NCBI GenBank assembly: GCA_023231475.1
Contig: JALJEE010001488.1
Coordinates: 1 to 54,969 of the forward strand
Length of the DNA stretch: 54,969 nt
Direction: 5' to 3'
Source of the DNA: Seison nebaliae
Lineage: Eukaryota
The notes under the pieces are model-generated. The model saw only the letters and a list, made by a program, of their open reading frames with translations. It had not been told where the DNA came from and ran no database searches. Positions 35,001 through 48,601 of the stretch are shown here, piece by piece. The position numbers and the translations under genes were made by a program. Positions within the stretch are counted from its first letter, which is position 1. Every line of letters starts with the position of its first letter.

Positions 35001-38000
35001 GCGGGAACGTTCGGTAAAGTGATTTTAGTGAAAAAGAAAAAAACTGAAAATATTTTTGCCGTTAAATTTCTTCCATTACAATCGACCCGATTTCAAGATT
35101 TTAAACGAGAATATTTATTTTCTCTCTTTCTCTCCAAACATGAGAATATCATCAATACCATCTCACACTCTTCATTCCAATTACCCACCGGATATGCTTT
35201 CTGCCAAGAATATGCTCCTGATGGTGACCTCTTCGAAAGTATTCCACCCTTAAAAGGTATTGGGGAAGTGGCAGCGAAATATGTTGCAAAACAAGTTTTT
35301 CATTTTAATTTCCAAGAAATTTCATTTAAATTTTATATTCGGTTAATTTTTAGATCGTTTCAGCTTTGTTGTTTATGCACAAATCCGGCCTCGTTCATCG
35401 AGATGTCAAACCGGAAAATATCGTTTTGTTTGACAAGTCTAAATGGACATTAAAATTAGTAGACTTTGGAATGACTCGTTGTAGTGATGAATCAGGTTTG
35501 GCTTAATGAAAGTTTTTTATAAATTAATTTAAAAATTGGTTTTTTAGCGAGAAAATTGAACGGTTGCATTCCTTATACACCGCCTGAATTATTACATCCG
35601 AATTTAAAACGGGAATTGAATATTAAATTATTGGAAGAACATTTGTTGGTGAGCGAAAACGAGGATAATAGTTTATGTTCTCGAGTTCGCCACCAAATCA
35701 TTAAGCGATCGAGAGAAATAGGACAAGTGAATATGGAGGGAAATGTTGAGGGATTTTCGAAAAGTATATTGAGTATGAATGAGCAAAAATGTTATTTGCA
35801 ATTATTCTTTGCCAATCTGATTTATGGGGAAGCCGTCGAACGTAATTTGCTGGAAGGAAAAAGAAACTTATTTTCATTATTATTCAATCATCCTCAAATG
35901 ACGGAGAATAAACGATTTAATGAGACGATTCTGAATGAATTCCTCCGTCATCTCCATCGGATGATCGAAGTGGATAAGAATGATTTAAATAACGAATATT
36001 ATACGATCAATTCATCGTTGGATGACTGGTCATTCTCCATATTAACTTTCTGCACACTCACCGGTTACTTTCCGTGGCAAACGGCTCACAAGAGTGACGT
36101 CTACTATCGTGATTACTTATCCGCTTCAATTATTCTCAAATTCATCTTTATTTGTCAATTCTATTTAACTAAAGATTATACATTTGATAATCTCTCCGAT
36201 TATATCGAATGTTATGAGAAGGAATTCGATCCATCTGCCGCTACCATCAGAGAGAATGCTTCAAATAATAATAAACAAATCGACGGGGAATATGAAACTT
36301 TGTTTATGAATTTATTACCACAACAATGGCAGAACTTTTCGTTGTATTTACTCCAATATTTTGTTAACGTTCTCATGCCCAACCCGAAACGTCGATGTTC
36401 CATTCAAGTTAATATTATTTAATCAATTTCTTCAACATTAAGGAATATTTTAAAAAAATTATTCGTTCCTACTGGAAATTTATTCTACTTTTCTTCCAGT
36501 TTGTAATACGTGTGTGTGAGAGAGAGAAAGAGAGAGTGAGGAAATGAGATTAGATTTGGAGCGATTACGCTCAATTTTTGTTGATGATATGAAAAGTAAG
36601 TAAATAATTGTTCTTTGAGTATGGTGAATATTTGGAGAGGAATATGTACATTTCTAATAAAGAATAGCGAGAAATTTTCATATTTAAACGTGGAAAGTTC
36701 GTTCGGGAAGATACTTCTCATTTGGATAGTCTGTTGGACAAATATCGATCTGGAAGTCATTCCTAATTGTTTAATGTGTAATTTTTGTTAAATGGTTCTT
36801 TTTTTATAGTTCGAATACTCAATTGTGCTGAAAAGAGTATTGGAATAATATGAATTAGGAAAATGTGACGTTAGATATATAGTGCAATGCTGTTATAATT
36901 GTGAAGGAAATGGAATTTATCTCAAGTTGACTGAATTCTCTTTTGGAGTTTAATTGGAATAGAACGAAATTGATCGATGTAAGTGAAGAAATGATTCGAA
37001 TTAATCGAGAGAAAGTTCTAGTCCGACAAGAGAATTAGAGGACAATCTCATTATAGCTATTCATTTTCTTCTATTCACGTACAAGTGATATGTCATTCGA
37101 AGGACGTTTTCTATCGGAAACATGTGTTGTTCTCTTTTGGGTTCAGAAAGGGAATGGAAGAAAAGAACTGCAACAGCAGGAAGGACAGCACGCATAGAAG
37201 AAAGGAAAGAAATGAAACGGATGAAATGTTTGTAGAACGAGAAAATTTGATTTCATAATTCTTCTTGCAAGATTCTTTTATATTATTCTTTACTCGTCAA
37301 AATGAAATGTGCTTATCCGTTTTCATCATAATTGCTTCTTTTCTTTGGAGGAGTTTTTTGAAGAAATTTCCTTCCAACTCACAATTTATATGTTCAATGG
37401 AATAATTGATCGAAATAACAAAAAGTTTTGAGTCAACTCTTCCATCAATTCACCAGTTGCCTGGAGAATGGTAGAAGTGTTGAAGAAAAATGATTGTCTG
37501 ATTGTCTGATTAACACTTTGAATTAACAGACTTGGTAGAACATCGGCATTAGTTGGATGGGAGAGCATTCCATTCAAATGGATTTCTCTCGCCTATTCCA
37601 GGTAACGGTGTTTTTCCATCCACTACTAATGTATATTGTGAATAGAAGAAATGTAATTCTGTTGTGCTGGTAGTTGTGGGATGATTGAATTGGTAACGGA
37701 TTGAATAAAGAAGGAGAGAAATTTCAATTAATCAAATTTGGGAGAGGAAACGGAATCTCTTGTTGATTTGGGAGAGATACAATAGTGTTAAGGAAAATTA
37801 AGGAGAAGATTCGATTAGATTGAATTGCATTCGGAATGAAAAAAAATTAGATTGGGTTAAGGAGGCAATAAAAATGGGAGAATATCTTTGTTCAAGTCAA
37901 TTCTTCTTTTTTCTCATATAAAAGGTTTATGCGCAATTTATTTGGGGAGAATGGATTGATGGAAAAATAATTAACGGAAATGATAAAGAGGTAACGATCT

Positions 38001-41000
38001 CTCCCGAATTAATTGTCAGTGAGGAAAATTTTTTATTGCGCAATAATCTCCCAACACATTCCCATCAACATGTCTACTTTAGAGATGAGCAAATGATTTC
38101 GAAATTTATCGTTAAATTCTCATCGTATACGGAATTGGGAGGATGTCCAAAAATGTTCTGTAAACAAATTTCCCGAATTATTTTGGAATAAAGAATGTTG
38201 TAGCGAAATTAACTGAAAAGAAGAAATTTTGTGATCAATTATCATTCTTTTCTTGCTGATTTTGGAATAGATTAATTATTCAGGAAATTTTTGTTAGGAA
38301 GGATTTTTTGAGAAATACTTATTTTTGGGATTGGGAGAGAGTTTTGATGTCATTTGGTTGTCTAATTTTTTTTCTTATCTAATTTGTAGAATTTGACGAA
38401 TATTGTGAATCGACCATGGCTATTAAATGACATTGGAACGAAGGAAGATGACACGACGATTGTGAAAAGTGGTGAAGAAGAGAAGAATGAAGAGATGAGG
38501 AAGAATGCGAAGAATGAAAGGAGGAAATTGGAGAAGAATGAGAAGTTTAATGGAATGAAGAATAAGATGACGGAGGACGAAATGTCGACGAATGTCGAAG
38601 TGAACTCATCGAAGGCATCGGTCGACCATTCGTTGACTTCGGAAAGTTCGACATCACTCACTGGAACAACATCGACAAGCAGCAATGGTACGAGCATCGG
38701 TTCCTTCGATGTTAATGAGAATTCGCGAATCATTTCCTCAGTTAGCACTTCTGCGAAGATTCAGACGAATATCATTGTGATGAGCAAAAAAGAAGATAAT
38801 TCGAAACAGAACAACTCACAAGAATGTATGGAAACAATCGTTTCTGTTCGAACTAAAGGAGGACTGATCGATACGAAGAATGGTGATGAATCGTCTCCTA
38901 AACATTGTGTCAATACGAGTGAAAGTAAGACGAGATCAGACAAGAATCAGCGACAACAATATCATGAAGATAATGAATTTGGTGATAAGAAGAATAAATT
39001 GGAATTGAAAAAGAAGAATATTGAGGGAAAGCAGAGGAAGAAGACGAATAATATTAATGAGGATCTCAATTTAAATGGCTCGATCAGTTCGATTGGAACG
39101 TACGACGAGGAAATCGAAGAATCGAAAGTTAAAGGAACAATAAATAATTGGAAAGTCTCACGAAATGTAGAGGATTTTGAAGGAAAATCAATCATGTCAT
39201 CACCGTCGAATGCTTCATTGTGGTCGGCGATGATTAAAGATGAGAGAACAATCGAAGAAGAGAAAGTCGAACATTCGAAAATCGAACAAAGTAACCAGCA
39301 GACGTATAGGAAGGCAGAGGAGCAGAAAAATCATCCTCATGAGGAACAGAAGCAGCAACATCAACAACAACAGTTTAATTATAAACATGAGAATGGAAGT
39401 GCACAAAGACAGTCGTCGTCAGATCAACAGAAAGAGGAACATCATCAGAGGAAAATGAATATGCAAGGGAGTAGGGATGGAGTCAGTATTCTCCTATCAT
39501 CGCCATCATCTTTAATGAAAGAATCGAAAGAGAATAGAAGAGAATGTGGAGACGATGATACATATCGTTCTCAAGGTAAGATGGAGAAAGATGAATTCCA
39601 TCATCCAGCGACTTCTTCCATTTCCAGCCATCACTTCTCCTCCGATCTTAATGAAGATAGGACACACAAGGGAAGAGCGGCGAATAAAGGGAAAGATAAT
39701 TTGATGATGATGATGGGATTGGATGTTCATCAACGTCAAATGGAAATTAATCAACAGAAGGTTATTACCAATATGAATAATAGTTTAGATGAAAGTAAGA
39801 TTCCAAGACAAACAATGATTAATAATCAATCAAATATAAATGATCCATCTCATTACAAACAGCAACAACAACAAAAACAACAACGTCATCATCATCAATA
39901 CCGTCATGAATTGGAGAATGATGATAAAATTGATACGATATGCATAACATTGAAAGAAGGAAAAAATAATAATGAGGAGGAGAAAGTTGGACAAACATCT
40001 CCAAACGACAAACAAGCACAACGGCGACAACACAAACAAATGCAGAAATGTAATTATTATATAAATATTAGTGAGGATATGCACAGAGTCGATGTAAGAG
40101 ATACAAATGGAAAGAATATGAATGTTGACAATGACAATGGTATTGTTCATAAGAATGAAGATGATAATGATGATGGTAATGATGATGGCAGTCGTTGTCA
40201 ATCGATTATCTTCCCTCTCTATAAAAAAGAGAAATCAAGTAATGGCAAAGAAAAATTATCAGGAAAATCACCAAGTACTTCAAGTTCCATCAATTATATT
40301 GATGAGTCGACGAATGAATCAAAAAATGTCTCATCCTCATCAATTGCCACATCATTCGCTTTACCCATTTCCTCCACTTCCCTAACTTCATCTTTCCCAA
40401 CAACAACAACAACAACAAGCACCTCAAATCTTTTCTTTCCCTCATTGTCGACGACAGCTCATCAACAATCAGCATCATCTCCAATTACTCACCTTCTCTA
40501 TCCTGCCTCCCGCCAATCACCAGTCACATCTTCACTTTCGACCATCACATCTCCCAAATTCACGACATCACCTCGACACAATGGAGTGGTGGGAAGCATC
40601 GGCGAATTATTACCACATTCGTTCAGTAATGATGGCGTGCTAGAAAGTGAATCATTTAAGGTCATAATGAATCGGGTGGAACGGAATAATCGATTAGATA
40701 ACACGGAGAACTTTAATGATATCTCTTCCCCTTCATATGAATTGACAAACACTTCGCCTCTCAATCAAAGCTATTTGGATGGAAGAAATGATGAAACTTT
40801 AAATAACATCCACATACATAACAATGAACAACAACAACAACCGATACATTATGCTCATCATCAACAGCAGCAACAGCAGCAGCATCAGCAGCAACATCAT
40901 TCATTTGTTATTGGAACGTCAACAATGAATGAAATGAAAGAGAATCGATGTACACAACAAACGAATTCGAAACATTTAGTTAAGCTTATCCAAGCAGATA

Positions 41001-44000
41001 ATTACCGGAAGCCTCTGTCGTCGAGTGCACTTTTAGATAATGGAAATTTCGGCGCAACAAATCCAACTGATGGTGGTAATTGCAATGATAACGATTGTAG
41101 TATTAACAGTCGACGATGTTCCGGTCACAATAACATCATTCAGGAAGAAATGAAATTGAAAAATAAAGAAATTAGTCGAATCATTGGTCGTGGTAGTGGA
41201 GAACAGAATTATCGATATTCCGATAGGAGATACGCGATGATTGAACCTTTTTATCCGGTTATTCATCTTCACTTTCTCTTCTTCCTCCCTTCTCACTTTG
41301 CTCGGGCCACTCTCGAACGTTTGAGAACAACTGAAGAAATCATTTCACAGTTCCCTTTCACTTAGTCGATCGTTCACCTTGAAATTTCATTGATACCACT
41401 TTTTCCCCCCTTCATACTTACCCGATAGCAGTCTCTCGACTCATCTCGACATATTGTACTTAATTGAAGAATGATCTCTACTATATCACTGATAATCATC
41501 ATAAGAGCTAATGGGGAAGACTAATCTAATTTGGAACTAGTCCAAGTCGAGTCGAATGTTCGGCGAATGTCGGGAGGAGATATTAAACAATCATATTAAT
41601 CAATCTTCGCTATTCGATCATTATCAGTCGTTAACGATTTCATGAATACACATTCCTCATAACTGTAATTGCGACATGCTACATCTGCCCCGATTTCCTT
41701 TCCCGATTAATTTATTTCAGATGAGATTATCTATGAAATTTTTTGAATCGAACCGAAAAGAAAAGTTTTTCATTTCAAAATTTTTCCGTCAGATCTTTCC
41801 ACTAGATGATGAACTTCATATCTACTACTTTCTCTTAATAGGAAAAAACTCATTGGATGTCAGTGAGTTAAATCATTCTATATCCTGTCTATTCCTCAAC
41901 ATCCTAATGTAATGCTAATACGTATGTCTTTTGTTCTTTATTGATGATTCGTATGCAATATCATGTACGGAATGTTATTTCTTCTATTCTCCAAATGCTA
42001 ATGCTCACAACGGAGCTATCACAAAGAGTATGTCCATGTATATGAATGGTAAAGGAAGAGCGGTCTATCTTTTATTTGAAGCAACTTCCTTTTTATCGAT
42101 TATCTTCATTCTCCCCCTTATCCATCAACTCGTTCAATTCTTCTATCCTTTATGTCCTCTCCTCTTCCATCACCATCGTCATAATTATTATAAAAATGTC
42201 ATTCATTCATTCATTCTTTCTTTCTTTCTTTCTTCAATCATTTTTTAGGAACAACATGATAGTCCTTCATTGTTATTAGATGAAAAGAAAAGTCATCCTC
42301 ATCCACAACAACAACAACTACAGCATAATTTACATACAGATTCTATTTGTGATAGTCGGAAGAAGAATAATAAGGAATGGTGTGCACCATCCAATTTTAC
42401 TCGTTCCAATGACGACCACTCTCCCATCGCTAAGGTGAGTAATGATAATCGTCCAGTGTTTTGTCGAAATATCAATAATAATAATAATAATAATAATAAT
42501 TCACCCACCACCATCAGTACGAATCCGATTCAAAAGAAGGAACAGCAAAATGAAGAAGTGGATTTGAATCGAAATCAAAAATTTCATCACATAAATGATA
42601 GTGTCTATTCGGGAGTAAAGCAACACGAAAGTAATAACAAGAAATTGACGACATCGGAATCGAGGAGTCGCGAATTGTCTCATGAACATTCAACCGATTC
42701 GATCAATTGTGGAAAGTTCAATATCACTCATCCAAATGCCCCAAAAGATGATAATGGGAAAATGAATCGGATATATGCATCCGTCGAACATCGTTTGCTT
42801 CCCAATCAGCATTCCTTCGCTTATCATGATACGAATTCGAAGATTCGTATAAAGTCGGATATTGAACGAAATCATTCAAATGTCTCCGAACGACTTCCAT
42901 CCACTCGTCCACAACATACACATGAATTCTCGTCGAAATCGGACCATTTCTCCAGACATCATCATCATCATTTCCGGAAGAAGTCGAATCAATTTGGAGA
43001 GATAAATAAACCGATTAATCAGAATCATGACATCTCATTGACGACGCCACGAAAGAATAAAGGTGATCAACGTATTCGAAATGTTTATATCAACATTAAG
43101 AAAGAGATATCGAATGAACGAAATAAAGATGATGGAATTGATGGAAATGTTGACGATTTCAATTTGTCGAAAATTAATCGAAATAACCTCAACAACAATA
43201 AGAACAATAAGAATAGTAATTCAAACACCACCACCACCAACAACAACAGCAGTTTTAAGACGAATGTGAAGAGTAAGGACGTTGTGAGTAAATTTCGAAT
43301 AAAAGAGAACGAAAGAAAATTTTTGAAATTATCAAATCGTCAAACAAATGATCGTCGAAGGGAAGGAAGCGCTGTTCGATTCAGTGAAGCGGATGATGCA
43401 TATTATTACGATGGAATGAATAATTATCATTTAGATCAACGTCCATACACATCTGCCATTACATATCAACAACGTGAACAACAAAGTCTACCTCGGCATG
43501 TTAAGGTTGCTCCACATTCGATCACCAACAGAAAAGATCTTTCTTCTCCCACTACTTCAAATCAACTCAACTCAAGTATTAATCAAACGACGGCTAACTA
43601 TAACACCATCAACAACAACAACAATAACAACAACAATGGTAATAACAATGTTAAGTATACTAATGAAGATGTTAATGATATTGAAGAGAATATACATTAC
43701 TCCTTATCGAATGTAAGTGGAACATGTTCCATATCTCGTCCCCATTACTCAACACTCAATGACAGGAGACAGATGAAGGAAAAGAATCATCAACATCGTT
43801 TTCAAGTGGAGGAAGCATATGCTTCAAATCATCCCACTGACCGTCACACCAATGAACCTGATTCTAACATCGAACATGCAACTGAACAAGTCAAATCGAA
43901 GTGTCATCGCTCCAAATGTAAATCGTTCAATGTCTCCGCTGAGAAATTATTGGATCAAAGGAAAATGTTAGGAGAGAAACGGAAACCAATTGGAAGTGCC

Positions 44001-46019
44001 AATACACCTAAAGCCGTTTACGATTCATCAAACTATCAAACAAAATCCACGCGAAAAACAATGAAATTATTTCCATATAATAAGGAAGATCAAAAACATA
44101 ATAAACATGAAGGACAAGAAGAAGAAGAAGAAGAAGAACAACAACAACACCTTTACCTTGATCAATCACTTTCCTCTAATCAATTCGATTATATGAATTG
44201 TACTACATCGATCGAAAGACGTAAACTAAAAAAGTCACATAACAACCACCAACACCACCAACAACAACAACAGCGACAGCACAATCACGATAATCATTAT
44301 TTCCATCAATCTCATAATTCCTTCAATCCTCTAGCACAACAACAACAGCAACAAACATCCAAATCGATATTACATCATCGTCATTATCCAAATGTGCAAC
44401 AACCGGTATGGCAGCAACAGCAATCGAAACGAACAGTTCCTTATCGGAAATCATCTCATAATACAGATTATCGACAAATGCCAATGGGAACATTTACCCG
44501 GAAGAAAACGAATAGCAACAACACTAATAATAATAATCTCTTATCTCATTCGACAGCTGACATTGATATCTTCGCATCTACGAACAATAACAATAACAAC
44601 AATAATAATGATACATCTTCAGAAGAAGAAATTATCGAATATTTACCAAATAGTATGAAAGAGAATCATCGATTGCATCGAGTGGAAAGACGATCGAATA
44701 GTGGCACCGATAAATGCCAGAATAATGTTCACTTTGAAAATGAGCAATATCATCAACAACCGTCTGCCCATTCCTCCAAATTTCAAATGCATCCTCAACA
44801 TCTCACATTTGGCGATACGAAAAATCGTCCAACATCCAAACGTTTTCTCTCTTCCCATCGTCAATCATCAACACGTCGCCATCAACATCATCAACATCGG
44901 AATGAAATGAATAAATTAACAGGATACAATTCTATATCTGCCACAATTCTCGATCAGATTCCGTCGCCAAATCATTCACGTCAAATCTCCTCCACGTCAT
45001 ATGATCGGCATTCGAAACGGAGCAAATTATCAGCATTGGCAAATTATTATGGAATTCATCGATCGAAAAAAGAGAAAGAGAATTTATCGATGATTAACGC
45101 TGGCGATAGTTTCCTTCGTTCCATCGAATATAATGTGAATAATATTAATATTAAACATCAAGCAACTGCCTCACCCGAATATATCCGATATCGTAATTAT
45201 CGATTCGATCAATGGATTACTGATACGATTCAACATACACATCGTGGTCAAATATCACGAGATATAACGCCAGATTTGTTGAGTGAGCCAATGGTGTGGA
45301 AAACGAAACGATCTCAGAAACCATCAAAGAATGATTTGAATTATTCTTTACCGTTATCCAAACATCATCGAACAGCTCTTCATTCTTATCCATCTAATCG
45401 TTATGAGATGAAAGAAAAAGATTCTCATCATTATTTTCCCAAGAAGAGAATGAACAATAATCATACACCAGATTATGATGACGACGATGACGACGAAGAA
45501 GATGATGAAGATGATGATGATGAAAGTGGAGATGATATTGAGGAAGATTTAGATCAAGAAGACATCGATGATGAAGATGAAGAAGATGAAGAAGAAGAAG
45601 AAGATGATGATGATGATGACGATGATAGTTATGGTAGTGGAAGTTCCACGGCCTCATCATCCAGTTATTTATATTCCGATGAGATAAAAACACAAAGTCA
45701 TCTGAAAAATAAAAATGAAGAAGTTGATGAAGATGATGACGAATATTCATTCGAATATTCGTATGACGATCATGGTCAAACGATAGGAAAAGATGGAAGG
45801 TCTCATAAATCGAATGGAAAGCAAATCATAAACATTGACGAATTGAGAGAAGAGGATCGATCGATGAATTTCAATAAATCGGATAATCGTCAATTTTTCA
45901 ATAATTCATTTTCTTGGAAAAGTTTCGGTGCAATAACGAAAAATAAGAAAGGTAGAGATGCTCAACGACAACGAAAACTGCCGAATAATCGTCATTATGA
46001 ACCACCTATTCATAAATAA
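25092..46019 (+). CDS. Giant SBK1/meng-po-like Ser/Thr kinase with very large low-complexity extensions (~5,795 aa if all 6 exons join)
   Basis: Exons 25092-30608, 31065-35294, 35354-35495, 35548-36407, 38390-41257 and 42249-46019 all join in frame through GTT-AG introns. The kinase core is certain; joining of the distal exons is inferred. Confidence 0.7.
28665..28712 (+). repeat. (TCA)16 coding microsatellite (poly-Ser), one of many coding triplet repeats
   Basis: Pure repeat. Others include ACA/poly-Thr at ~31977-32012, CAA/poly-Gln at ~29625-29648, AAT/poly-Asn at ~42474-42500, and a GAT/GAA acidic tract at ~45476-45626. Confidence 0.9.
34975..38422 (+). CDS. SBK1: Kinase catalytic domain (SBK1 family) of the giant gene
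   Basis: [88 protein letters not shown], then [10 protein letters not shown] spliced across a 1,982-nt intron to [11 protein letters not shown]. Confidence 0.85.
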
Positions 46020-46182
46020 GCCAAGTCGCTTAAAGTCAATTTTGTATAGCTTATCATAATTTATTCAAATCGATCTGTTCATATTCATCCCAACTCGTTC
46101 TATTATGTATCTTTTCATTTCCCTTTAAAAACTAAATAAACCGAGTCATTTTATAATAATTTTATTTCAACATCTCATTCAT

Positions 46183-47090
46183 CTACTTGTAAAGTTTCGT
46201 TTCCCAATTCGACGTATTTACTGGTAAATTGGACTCGGCAAACTGTTTCATCCATTCAGGCACATTATCCGAATGATAAATGGAAGAAAATCCATGAGGG
46301 CCTTCATTCCATTCCACTTTCAAATTATCTCCATTACTGTTACTATAAGAACTGGATCCATTCTCTTCCACATTCATCGATGTTGAAATAACCATCGGGA
46401 ATTTCTTACTATTCCATAACCAATCAAATACCGAACCTTGAGGATCGGTGAACATTCCCATATTGAACATATCAGTACCTTCGCTATTCTTAAAGAAATC
46501 CTCATCCATAAACGACGAAAAATCAAAATTGTTCTGGAACAAATTCCCAAACTGTGAGGAGAACATATCGAAATTTAAATTCTCCATACCATCACCCATA
46601 CCATTCATTGAGAGAAGTGGTTGTAAAGATTGCTAAAACGATAAAAAAGATCCATATTAATGATTATTATTATTCAATTAAAATTTAAGAAATTAAAATT
46701 TTTCAATCATAAACTTGAACTAACCATCAATCTATTAGTAAAATCAGCACGATCATTCTGATGGTAAAAGAAATAAAATGAACCAAATAAAATTTTCAAA
46801 AATTAACTTCATTTAAATTCATAAATATCTTGGAAAAATATCTATTTCTTTCATTCTAAAAAATAACAAGAAAATAATTTCTTCAATGATGATTTAAAAA
46901 TCTTTAAGAAAAAAGTAACAGGACTCAAATTTTTCAATTGTTCACTAAATCGTTCTTTCAATGGCTTTTTCTGAAAAGTTGAGAATTATTTGAATATAAA
47001 AATCTCAACTGATTCACTAACGGTCACATAAATGGAGTTAACGAATGTTGAAATGAGAGCGAAAAATATGTAAGAATAAATAGTATTCAT
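46183..47090 (-). CDS. Secreted orphan protein with three phase-0 micro-exons, 5 exons (~215-220 aa)
   Basis: Signal exon MNTIYSYIFFALISTFVNSIYVT (47090-47022 or -47010), exons 46970-46920 (51 nt), 46855-46808 (48 nt) and 46757-46725 (33 nt), then 46632-46183 (Met/Phe/Asn/Gly-rich). All four introns are GTT-AG, phase 0. Confidence 0.75.
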
Positions 47091-47325
47091 TTATTAGCAC
47101 AATTTGATTTGATTATTGGAAAAAACTTGAATAGTAAAATAAATAAATAGTAATAAAATATCAAAAAGAAATGTGGGAAAATCTGAATTATATGTGTTTT
47201 TGATGGAATGAAATGAGGAGGAGGTTCATATCTTTTTAATGTCATGTGATTCTTATTGAAAACGAATCATTGTATAATTATGAGTAATAAATTGGCATTT
47301 GATTAAGTGCAACATCAATTTTACA

Positions 47326-48601
47326 TCATCTAATTATTCTTCGACGATGTTTCTCATTTGTACTTCGTGCCAGAAAGTAGTACGTCTGTTCCACTGTACT
47401 CACATCTCCTGTGAAGAGAGGAGTGTAGAAATAGATTAATTTCTCCAAATTTTTTCGAACTTTCACTTCCACGTCATAATTATGGTAACTGCGTGAACCT
47501 TTAAATTGAAGTGATTAACTAAAAATTAATCAGTTAAAATTCGAACATTCCATAACAAATGCAGTTGCCAAATATTGAGTAACTTCGATGGATAAGGAAG
47601 AATGATCTAAATGAAGTTGAGTGTTCCATTCGAAACTATTCTTTTCCGGATGGAATTGTGTTCCATAAATCGGATAATCTCTACTCTCCACTGCACTCAC
47701 AAAATTTGTAACATTTGTATGAGAAGTGGAAATTAATCGGAAGAATTGTCGCAATTTTTTCGATTCTTGATATCTCTATTGGAAAGAAAGACAGAATAGA
47801 AAGAGAATTATTCAAACAATTCCAATTCAAAGTCAAACATCTTTTGTTACGCAGTAACGATGGAAATTGGGAGTGGAAGGAACTGAATCTAAATAATCGA
47901 TTAAATTCGTCGACATGTTATAAAGGAGTTTCGTTTGTTTCGTATTTTCTTCCCACACTAATGGAAGTAGAATATTTTCCGCTTCACATCGACTTAGAAC
48001 TGTTGAATTATCTCCCTCCACTAAAGAGATGAGTCGTTCGAATCCCAGACATGTTCCCCAAATCGGAAAATAATCATTCTTCTGTTTCGCAGCGATGGAC
48101 CAGTTGAAAAACATTTGAGTAATTTTTCCATATTGTGAATGAATCAAATCCACATCACCACCGGGAAAAACAACACTAAATAAAATTTCGTAAAATATAA
48201 ATTTAAATAAATATATAATATTTATTAATTTCAATTTAAATTATTTCCAACCCGTTAACTGATTCGAAAATATTTCGATAATATTGTTCGTTTTCATATA
48301 TACGAATTGGAACTACACGAGCACCAGCTGATTCGATGAACTTGACGTACGAAGCGTCCATATAGGAAACAGCATTCACTCGATTTCTCAGATCATCCAG
48401 ACGGAAAGTTTGAGAAAGAATAGCGATCACCGGTCGTTGAATAGCCACAGCGATTTCTTCTTGTTTACTTGCGATATTCCAGTAATTTGAGAAAGCGTAC
48501 AAGGAGAATATGGCGATAATGATGAAAGTGGAGAAAAGGATTTGTCGTCTCTTCTTCTTCTTTTCATATTTCTTTAACTGCTTCTCTTTATCCACTAACA
48601 T
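47326..48601 (-). CDS. GGH: Gamma-glutamyl hydrolase (peptidase C26), 4 exons
   Basis: Motifs RPVIAILSQ, YMDASYVKFIESAGARVVP, NGVVFPGG, catalytic WGTCLGFE and YGTQFHPEK. Introns 48251-48176, 47838-47776 and 47546-47499. Basic N-terminus plus one TM segment. Confidence 0.95.

Noticed and set aside
36408..38389. Nested genes or ncRNAs in the long kinase introns (also 41258-42248)
   Set aside because: Only short motif-less ORFs; no tRNA, snRNA or snoRNA signature recognised by eye.
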